Shown here one piece after another: positions 46,423 to 56,805 of a stretch of DNA of 64,000 nucleotides. The notes beneath the pieces were generated by a model. The model saw only the letters and a program-made list of their open reading frames with translations. It was not told the origin of the DNA and did no database searches. Positions within the stretch are counted from its first letter, which is position 1. Every line of letters starts with the position of its first letter. Source of the stretch: Selaginella moellendorffii (Eukaryota; Plantae; Lycopodiophyta); contig NW_003314268.1 of NCBI RefSeq assembly GCF_000143415.4, forward strand, positions 3,232,559 through 3,296,558. Direction: 5' to 3'. The translations under genes and the position numbers were made by a program.

Positions 46423-49400
46423 TTACTTCCATACTTTGATCGTACCATCTCTACTACTCGATATGAGCAGCTGACTAGCCGCAGCCAAGCTGGTAATGGA
46501 GTCTCGGTGACACCCAGCCATATCAACCGCAGCCAAGGCGACCTCGCTTTGCACATTTTCGTGCATCGATTCCTGCCATTACCTCCATCAATCGAGACAA
46601 ATCCTCAAACCTTTTCCTACAGTACCTGAGTGATGTGTAGTCCACAAACGGTTTTGGAGGAATACCGGAAAGGAGGAGCGTTCTTCACTGTAGGACCGCA
46701 GATGCAGTAGCTAGTCTCCGGCCTGCAAATCCAATCCACACAGTTGTCATAGTTTGTAGAGCATGAGCCAAAAGAAAAAAGCAAATTGAAGAGAAACCAC
46801 GAACCTCAAGTGATCCCACAAACGAATTCTACAGTCGGTCCCTCCAGTTATAACCGAGGCTCCTGCCGTCGTCGGTAGCAAAGCTCGAACGCCTGGAATC
46901 CTCGGAGGAGGATCGCTCAGCTCCTCGACTTTGTAGTCAGAGAGCTTGGATGCTTCCTGGTGTTGCTGCTTTGGGCCCGTCCTTCGGCCCCACGGTTGGA
47001 GATTTGCAACGAAGCTTGTCCCATTGGACTGCACGGCTGACTTTAAAATCTGCAAAACTCCAAAGCGTGAAGAAAGAACAAGGACAAGATTTAGCGAAGT
47101 ACCTGTTGGCAGTTCCCATTTTCCACGTTCCAAACAGCCACCTCGTTCCGGCCAGCAGCAACGTAAACAAAAGGTCGAGGAAGCGAGGAGCCAACGGGAA
47201 CGCACATAGCCTCCACAGGGTGGCAAGACGGAAGCCGCCACGAGTAAACCTGAACTTGGAACCTCAAGTCCCAGAGCGTTAGAACACCGCGGGATGTTCC
47301 CGACACTAGCCAGTGGCGAGAAGGATCGGCAGCTAAAGCGGAAACGTAGCCTTGCTCCGGTTTTGCCTTTAGCAGCCAGGCGTCCCGCTGTTCTCTAAAG
47401 TCCCACAGGTGAAGTCCATTCTTCTGGGTGCTGTATAGAAGCATACCCCCGAAAGCCTGCAAAGCTAGAACCGAGCCTTCCTGCGCGTCTGTCCTCCGGA
47501 CGTTTGAGATGCCAGAGTACCGCTCCGGAACATTGCCCTCCCGTGCGATGTAGTCTACGCATAACACGCGAATCTCTCCAGCACTCGACGCTGCCGCAAC
47601 CTGTTGATCCGGGCTTAGCATCGCCAAGCAAAGGACGCGCTCGTTCTGCCCAAAGGAGTACGTCAACTTCGATCTGAAAGAGGTACTTCTCTCCAAGCGG
47701 CGGCAGTCCCACACTTTGACAGTCCCGTCGTCCGATGCACTCGTGAAGAAGCTGTTGTCCGAAGAAACCGCCACTTGATTTACTGCTCGTTGGTGCTCAT
47801 GCAAATGCGAGACCAACACACCGCGTGGTCTCCACCTGCTGTCTGAGCCAGCGCTGGACTTCAAGAACTTGTTGAAAGCATCGAATGCGGGCTCGGTGCT
47901 TGTTTCATGTGAAGGAGTTCTCCCGTAAATGGACCCTGTGAACTTTGATGGAATAGCGATGATAGACTTCTGCATCATAGATTTCTGCATCATATCAGAC
48001 TGCGAGTACGCGAGAGTGTCCATAGGCTGACGGTAGATCCGGCTCCACTCCTCATTACCCGAGTTGTCCAACCTTCTATCAGTTGGCGGACGAGAATACA
48101 GCGGAATACTGTCCGTTGCAACATCAAAGTTTGAGAAGAACCCTGCGCCGGTTGCCGAAGCATCCATCTTCTCTGGATTCTCCAAATCCCAGCTGTGCAT
48201 CGTGCTAGACAAGTTTCGAATGTATCCCTCCATAGCTTTGAGCTTCTCACCATCTTCAAAGTCGGGGACGTTCCTTTGTAGTGGTATCTTCATCATCGGA
48301 GTTCTGCCATGACCAAAAGTTGCATCGGGAACTCGTTGACGAGGCTTAGGCCGCTCTGTTGCAGCCTCTGTTGAATTTGAAGTCAGCATCACGTTGCTCA
48401 AAACGCGTTGAAAGACGTCACGAGAAACCGGTGGCTTGAGACATGCCAGAAGCGCTGCTTCAGAAGATATCGACAGTGGCTCCCGTCTGAGAAACGGCAG
48501 TAGAAGCGGTATCAGGTACGCGTGAGCATCTGCTACAGAAAGGTTGGAGCCGCTGGCAGCAACTAACGTGATGGCTGCTCTTCGCACCCACTGGCTCGGG
48601 TGGCAAAGCAGCGGGGAGGCTCGCTCCACAGTCTTCAAGAGAACTCTCTTCTTCAGCAGCTTATAAACACAGAGAGCGGCCAAACATTCCAAAGCGTTGA
48701 CAATAACGGGCTCCTCTACGTTGCTCAGTGCCTGCTCGAGGTACGGAAGTAAGTAGGCTTCGGAGCTGACTTCGCCAACAAAGATGCAGACGTGAACAAT
48801 CTGTTCGAAGAAAAGCGCCCGCAGTTGCTTGTCGCGATCGTTTAGAAACGCTGGCAAAACTGGCAGGAGAAAGTCGTTGCACTGCTTCTTTCCGAAAAAC
48901 TCGCATAACGGCGCGATATGCTCCAGGAGAGCACGCCTTATGGTTGGAGTCTGCTTCTGGCCCATAACCAAGTCATGAATAATACGTCCTATAGTCTCAC
49001 GGAGCTGCGCCAACTCTGTAGTAAAACCAGCCGAGCGTGACTTCTCGTTAAGTTCCTCACTACCACCCTCGGAACTTTGTGAAACCAAAAACCTGTAAGC
49101 TGTGCCCGCTATTTTGTGGATGCAGTCGGCATAACAGATACGTACGCTTTCTTCTGGATCATCGGGTAACATGGACAGCAGCGGAAATATATATTCTGGA
49201 AATACCTTGGCGTCACTCGGAGAGAAAGTCTGAACCATGGATAGAACGTTGCAAAGCGTCTGCAGCGCGGCACAGCGGACAATAGCAGCTGAATCAGACA
49301 AAAGCGCAGCCACAAACGGAACAATGAGCTGCAGCCGTGCGTCGTCGTCGCAAAGCACAGAAGCATTGTACAGAAGTTGCACAGCTGCTCGTCTTGCAAA

Positions 49401-51359
49401 AGGAAGTTTTACGTGCCGCAAACAAGCACAAAGTGCAGACGCAATAAGAACCATTCCCTCGTGAGTGGGTACCTTGGATTTCCTAATTTCTTCTTTGAAC
49501 TGCAAACGGCAAGAAACATTTAAAATCTTTGCAAACAATCAAATTGAAAATTGATAAAAATTAAACCCGGTACCTCTTCGTCGTGCTTTGGTGCCACTTC
49601 TGCCATTTTCACAGCTGCCGCTTTCAGTCGATAAGAACAGGTAAAGCGGTCGGAAACGCTTGAATCTGACTGATGCTTTGTATGCTGAATCGAGGACTTG
49701 CTGTCTTTCAACAGCAGATTGATGTCAGTCAGCAAGTCATGCTGTGTTTGAGCATGAGAAGAACGAGATTTTCTTTGCAAAGGCGGTGATGGTGAAGTTA
49801 TTCGAAGCTCCTTATCCAGGCAGTCGGCAGAAAAACTTTTGTCTTTGGCATCGCGAATCATCAAACTTCGAATTTCGGAAAATGAACTTTGAATAAGTGC
49901 AACCTGGTTTGAGAAGAGTGAGGACGAACGAAGAAAGAAACGTAAATTTACCCTTGAATCGCTCTCCAGATCCATAGTCCGAGTTAAGCAAGAAAACAGG
50001 TTGTGCAAAGCTGGAGAAAAATAGCTGGGAAACACGTCGTAAGCCCATGTTTCCAAGTAATCGTCACAAGAGAGCCGAGACTCGGGAACTACGTGAATCA
50101 TTTGCAATATCATATTCTTGATTCCAGTGTCTGAGATCTGTAAAAAATAGAAACCATCAATAAAATTCGTACAAAAAAGAAGCATTTAGAGCCACAAAAT
50201 AGCCAAACCTTCTCCAAAGACGGCAACGGATCGTAAAGTCTCTTACGATATCCCAGAAGTTGCGAGAGATCGAATAGAGCCTGTCCTTCGAGAAAAAGCT
50301 CAGCAATAACGCAACTGACAAAACGTCACAAAAATGTAAAAGATTCAAGGAAACATATTTGACATACCCGAGAGAGAACATATCCATTGAAGGCTTGAGC
50401 GCTCCTCCTGGCGACACGGGTGACTCGGTTTTTGGATCATAGAAACGCTACAATGATAATGTCACGACCAGTAACCACGTAAGAAAGAAACAAAAGTACC
50501 TCTGGAGCTAAATAACATCGCCTACGGCCTCCAGTGTCGAAAAAGAATGAAAAATCCGCCGGATTATCATCTGGGATATAGGTTGGTTTGAAAGAGGCAA
50601 AGTCTGTAAGGTATATCCAGTTCCAAGACGTTACCAATACGTTCTCGCACTTGATATCTCCTGCACGAATTCCAAAGCTCACCAAAAGAAAAAAAAAACG
50701 ACCAAAGAAAAAAGGAAAACAAGGGCGAAGCCAGAGACTCACCGTGGCATACACCGCGATCATGACTTTGTTTTACTGCATGTAGCAACTATAGAAATCA
50801 TATCGTCAGTCGTAGATAATTTTTTTGTCCGAGATCTCTACCTGGAATGCTAGCCATTTCTTTTGGATCGTACTGAGGAAGGGACGAGTGCTAAGCCTCT
50901 CGTGCAAATTGCTAAAGAAGTATTGCCGGAGCAAATAAGCTGCCTTGTCCGTCTCGTGCCAGCGCTAGAAAGTACAAGAGAAAAACAAAGAAGAGTTCTT
51001 CAAAGAAAGACAAGGAGAATCCCTACCTGGAATGGCCAGACATGCGAATTCTCAACATTTCGAAACTGCTCCCGGATCTCATTGAGCTTGCGCGCGTGCT
51101 CCTGCGAGAATCAAACCACAGCCGATCGACAGCGGCATTGCGCGAGAGAGAGGATTACCCTGAGGTCGAGGACGTCGCCGCGCTTGAAATACACCTTGAC
51201 GAGCAGCAGACCTTCATCGTGCACGCAGAGGATCGCCTTGAAGAATCGCTCGCTCTTGCCGATCACCTCCTTGAGCACCAGATTGAACTCCGATGGGAGA
51301 TCGTTGAGGTAGTACTCCGTCGGGGACGCCTGCGTCGTGCGAGCTAGCTTGTTGCCCAT
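46423..51359 (-). CDS. VPS15: VPS15 / PI3K regulatory subunit (kinase-HEAT-WD40), multi-exon
   Basis: MGNK myristoylation start, [35 protein letters not shown] repeats, WD40 [18 protein letters not shown]. Confidence 0.95.
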
Positions 51360-51706
51360 GGGCCCTAAATCCTAAAGACATTAGGGCTGTCAAAAAAGAA
51401 AAAAAGAATTATCAATAATAATTTGGTTTATAGAACATAACTACTGGAATGTTGACACAGTTTATAATTAATAGAAGTTTGGTCCTCTCGACGTTAACCA
51501 ATCTCAGTGTTCCTAAATGTGAGTTCACCTCTACTGGATGGAGAGTAGTGGCTTCTGGTTGGTGCAAAAGAACCTGGTATATACTCTTAAATTCCACACC
51601 TGGAAAAGAAAATATGTTGACAACTTTTGCAAGAAAAAAGTTTATCTTTACATGCTATAGGACTTTAGCCTGAAGAATGGGTCAAGCAACAATTGATTAA
51701 GTTTGG

Positions 51707-53651
51707 ACCCAATCAGACAAAATGAAGTGCATTCCTGCTCCTTGCTCCTTGCTTCATTCCTGATCCGGTGTAGCTATCACAGGGGAACATCATTTGAAAC
51801 CCAATCAGACAAAATGAAGTGCATTCCTTCCTTGCTTCTTGCTTCATTCTTGATCCGGTGTAGCTATCATAGGGAACATCAGGATGGTTGCCAATATAGG
51901 AGAGGCCACGAATGTTCTAGAAAGGCTCAAGAATCACGCACTTATCACTGAAGAAGAAGAAGAAAGTTACGACTATGTCGAAGTGCCGAAAAAAAAGAAT
52001 TATTACAGGATTCACGATGCGTTGCTGGCTCTTGCTTTGCACATCCTGGAACAAGAGGGCCCCAAGTGTTATTTAAAGGCTGGGCAGTCGCAGATGAGGG
52101 ATGTGGGTGACGCCTTCACGAGTAACTACAGCAGGATTTCACTGGTCGATCGTGGAATTTCGGAAATCCCTCTACCTAAGAAGAACAGGGTCAGAGTTTC
52201 CACCACCACTTGCCTGCTCTTGGATTATAATACCCGTCTCACTGCATTGCCAAGCCTCTCTCTTTTCAAAGGCTTGAAGGTTTTGTGCCTGAGTCACACT
52301 GGGGTGGTAAGTTTGCCACATAGCATTGGACAGCTCAAGACTCTGGAAACTCTGGATTTGTTTTGGAATCCTTCACTCGAAAGCATCCCAAATTCACTGG
52401 GCAACTTGGCGAATTTATCATATATGAACTTAGGATCCTGTTCGAAACTCAAGTCTTTCCCTGTGGATGCTTTGCTCAAACTCACCAAGCTGGTCTACTT
52501 AAACGGAAATGCATGTCAGGGAATGTGGACATGCCACAGGCGGCATCATCGGCTTTTCAAACATAAGAAATCCTTAAACAGGACGTTTGGAAGACTTTAT
52601 CTGGATGGGATGTTTCAGGCATTGACAAAGTTGGAGGTGTTGATTATCAGTACAGAGTTGACTGTGGATCTACCAGCAAGCATAGGCAAACTGGCCCATT
52701 TCAAACAGTTGGAAATTCAGGCTTGGAAACAGCAGGGGGTAACATGTGACAGCTTCAGGGCTTGCCTGACCTTGACATTTTGAGACTGTTGGGACTTCCA
52801 TTGTTAGGCTGGGACTGGAGCAGATTTCTGAGGTTGAGAACTTTGGAAGTGTCATGCTTTGGGCAAAGTGACTTTAAAGTAACCTCCAGAATGGAGAACT
52901 TGCAAGAATTAATTATTGAGGACAATGACCACTTTGAGGGGCTTCCTTTCTTAACACAGGTAATGTTTCCCATGCTAACAAGCCTCTCCCTCAGCAGCTG
53001 TAAAAACTTGATTGGCATTCCCACCATCTCTCAACTGGCATCACTCAAGGTCTTCAAAATTCCCGTCCTCGCTGATGCATACCCAAGTCTAGCTAACCAT
53101 TAAAGAAACAACTCCAAAAGTTAATAGAAAGCACACTATGTGGGAAACACTTTTTCATCTAGTTCCTTCTAAATCTAGAGACAATTCTTCTATGGTTCTG
53201 GAACAAAGTGACCACCATCAACATATTTGAGTGCCCATCACTGAGAGTTGTTAAAATCAAGTACTTTCCATTGCTTGCCTGTGTTGCATTTGGTGGCAAG
53301 TTCCCATGACTTGAAGATATACTCTCTGATGCATTTGAACAGCTTCTAGATGTCTCTCTAGGTGCCACAGATGCCTTCCCACAGTTGATGTGGCTGCAAA
53401 TATAGGGCTTTGGTATTGACCAACTATCAGAATGGTTTGCATCACTCACAATGTTGACAACTCTGGAATTTTGTTTTTTGGAGAACTTGGATATGATACC
53501 TGATGGTATTGCAAGGCTTCCTCTACTAAGGAAGCTTAATTTAGAAGCTTGCAAGAAGATGAACATGTTACCATTTGCAGATTCTAAGGATAGCTCCTTC
53601 TATCCATCCCTGGAGTTCTTATGCTTGAGAAACACATCTGTCTCTCAATAG
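51707..53651 (+). pseudogene. NLR (NB-ARC-LRR) remnant: winged helix with IHD (MHD) motif plus LRRs, frameshifted
   Basis: VLERLKNHALI...YRIHDALLALA; LRRs LPHSIGQLKTLETLDL, IPNSLGNLANL, IPDGIARLPLLRKLNL; frames broken after ~52770; no P-loop found. Confidence 0.8.
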
Positions 53652-54208
53652 CACCTCTTAGAACACCTTTGAAAAATTGCAAAGCTTTAGTTGGAGGATC
53701 AATTTTACAATATAGCACCCTCCTCTCTTACATGGCTACTCCCTTGCCACGCTCACTCCTCTTGGTGGCATGCTTAATCATGCCCAACTTTGCACCCAAT
53801 GACTAACTCTAAATTAGTAATATTAAATTCTAATTAGTAGATGTTAATGACTATACTTTTATAATTAGCTTGTGAATGAACAACTATAATTTATACATAT
53901 ATGACCTATGCTTGGTTTAGGTTTTTCCTCATTATGTTTTATGTTTGTGCTTTTTATATTTTATTTTGGTGAGTGTATGGAATAGGGAAAGAGAATATAG
54001 GAAATGTATATATCTATTAGCCTAAAAACCTTACCTTATATACAAGAGCAAGTGGTTCAAATCGAAATCAATCTAATGGCTATATTAGTATATAGCATCG
54101 TAACAGTCCACTTAGACCTCATATCATCCCCTTTTCTCATAATGATGAAACCCCAAAAGGAACCCCAAAAGCATGACCAAAATGAGTCGTATAGAAAATA
54201 AACACTAA

Positions 54209-54308
54209 ATGAGTTGGTGTAGAGTGAACCCCTTTATGATACTCCTAAAAGAAAGATGGAGCCCTCCATCTTTCTTTTAGGAGTGGGGTTCACTTTACAC
54301 CAACTCAT
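54209..54308. repeat. ~100-bp near-perfect hairpin
   Basis: ATGAGTTGGTGTAGAGTGAACCCC...ACTCCTAAAAGAAAGATGGAG pairs with CTCCATCTTTTCTTTTAGGAGT-GGGGTTCACTTTACACCAACTCAT. Confidence 0.9.
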
Positions 54309-54879
54309 CTAAATATCTAATCTTTATCTTTATTTTTCTTTGCATATTCTTTCATAAGTCATTACTTATTCATGTAAGGTCCCTTTGGTACTCGTGCGAT
54401 TCCTTATTTTCTAAATGTATCTTAGTGTCTAGACCTTTCATTGTAGTAGCACAAACAGGATGTTGTTGATGCCAAGGTCTCCACCTAGGAAATAGAAGTC
54501 ACTAATCTAGAAAATGCCAACAATGCCGATAAGTGTGATCAACTTCATCACACACCCAGTAATGGACATCATGGCCACGACCACATCCTCACCCTTGTCC
54601 TTGAACTTAGGCAACACCAACATGAACCTCCATTAGAACAAGACCATCTTTTACAAGAGGTGGAGCTGAAGGACATGTAGTGAGAAGTGGAAGACACGTC
54701 ATCTCATAATATTATGCCAGGAAAAGGGCATCATCAAAGGTAGTTGGAGCAAGTGCATGCATAAGTTCTACAAGATCTTGACGAAGTGCTAGTTACAATA
54801 TTCCCAGCTTGATCCACTCTAATATATTTGGCTTGGCATAAAGCAAAAGGCTTGGGAAATGAATTCCAAACTATATCAT

Positions 54880-55080
54880 CAACTCAGATGGCCCTTAACA
54901 AAGATGATGTAATTGTTGGAAGGCACTATCACATATCGTCAATATGTCCAAATGTACATTTGAAGATGTTTAGAAGAATACTCCAATCCTCATGAGTATT
55001 TGCACTTAAACCATTGTACCACTATAGCATTGTCCCTTAGAGACACGTAAAAAATTCACGCAAACATCAAGCATAATCCC
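54880..55080 (-). mobile_element. Degenerate retrotransposon gag remnant
   Basis: WYNGLSANTHEDWSILLNIFK; homologous to 2170-2375. Confidence 0.5.
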
Positions 55081-55669
55081 AAGAATGATATATAGCAATC
55101 ATTGTAAAGTGATCGAATCAATGGTACACATCATCCCTAAGATTCCCATAGAAGAACTTCGGCCGAACACGAGGATTGGCAACAAGAGTAGGAAGATCTA
55201 TTGTACTATACTTTATGAATGTCACCATCAATTATATTTGGTTGTTCAATTGTAATTGCATAGCATTACGCAATTGTACCAACTGTTGCTCCAAAGTCAA
55301 AGGAGGAGGGGACTGTTACTCTACCATGAAGATGAATGAAGGAAAAAGAAAAAAAAAAAGAGATAGAAAAAATTAGAAGGAAAGGGAGATGTAAGCAATA
55401 CAAAAGCTAGATCTAAACAAAAAGAAAAAGAAAAGAAATGGAAAAAACTAAAAAGAAAGGGAGATTTAGATAATGAAAAAGTTAAATCTAAACTAAAAAT
55501 CCCAAATCCAAGCATTTAGGGACAATCAAAGTTGCTCCTCACCTTCACCAATGTGAGTGCATAGAAAAATAAAAGAGAATACAAGAAATATACATATCTA
55601 TTAGCCCCAAAACCCTAGTTTATATATAGGAGCAAGTGGTTTGGATCAAGTGGCAAAGCTTCTTTGTGT

Positions 55670-56249
55670 TCGTGGCAAACAAGTGATGAAGTTCATAAAA
55701 ATACTACACCAATGGCACTAAAGAATAGTATAAGGTTGCAAGAGTCCCTTTGGCTTCTCCTATAATATATTTACTTGTTGATAAAGCTTGTATAATTTAT
55801 AATACTCAAAGATATCAGCCTTCATATTCCTTTAATAAAAATTGCATCTAATCAACTCATATATCTTCTTCCCCCCAAAATGCCTGGCCTCTAGACGATC
55901 ATGATAGTAGAATAAAACTTGAGTAATTAATGCATCCATCTGTGGCAAATATACATGGCCATTATAGCAAAGAATCCCATCCACAATGAGAAATATGCTT
56001 CCATTTGGTTTTGCATCTTGAGCCTGAGCACTCTCAATAACTACCCAAACTCACTAACCACTTTACTCAAATGATGACAAAACCATATTTATAATGTATC
56101 ATATGATGAATACAAGATAAAGCATCTACTACTATATTTGATTTTCCCAGACGATGCTCAATAGAAAAATCCCCAAACTCCATGAGTTTGACCATTTAAC
56201 GAACTCTTTTCACAAGAGGTTTATGATTTGTAAACATTATGAATACTGC
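55670..56249 (-). mobile_element. Old Ty3/gypsy pol remnant (RNase H end and integrase start)
   Basis: FTNHKPL...MEFGDFSIEHRLGKSNIVVDAL; continues the frame broken at 63257. Confidence 0.75.
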
Positions 56250-56805
56250 TGTAAGCTCCTGAATTTGGACTTCCCGAGAGGTCACCCAGCCCAGTACTAT
56301 TCAAACCCAAGGATGCTTAACTCCAAATATCCCAACACCCTTAACCGATTGGAAAAGGGGGTGCACTCTTGTTCATGGGCCCTTTCCCTCTATATTTGAA
56401 CCCCAACGGATCGTCTCTCGAGTCGTTCCCTTTGGTTGCTTACAATCCACCATGCTTCCCTGCAAGTTCACGCCCTCGTGAACGGAAGCTGAGAGCCGCA
56501 GCTCTCCCGAGAGCCCCGCTCTCTTGACACCTTACCCCTCAGGTCGAGCCCAGCGGGAACAAACTGGACCAGCCAGATGTCAATCAACATGTGGTGTGAT
56601 TCCCTTAGCCAACCAACAGAGTCGGACCCGAGACCTCTCTGATACCAAATGTAAGCTCCTAAGTTTGGACTTCCCGGGAGGTCACCCAGCCCAGTACTAT
56701 TCAAACCCAAGGACGCTTAACTCCAAATATCCAAAGACCCTTAACCGATTGGAAAAGGGTGTGCACTCTTGTTCATGGGCCCTTTCCCTCTATATTTGAA
56801 CCCCA
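56250..56805 (-). mobile_element. Cassandra-type TRIM with 5S rRNA sequence in its LTRs
   Basis: LTR 56250-56444 (TGTAAGC...GCTTACA); 205-bp internal region; tRNA-Met PBS 56637-56647; second LTR 56650-56805 truncated; each LTR carries a 5S box A to box C segment (AGTTAAGC...AGTACTGGGCTGGGTGACCTC..GGGAAGTCC on minus). Confidence 0.92.

Noticed and set aside
56250-56444. Functional 5S rRNA gene
   Set aside because: Only ~56 bp of the internal control region, embedded in an LTR with PBS and TSD
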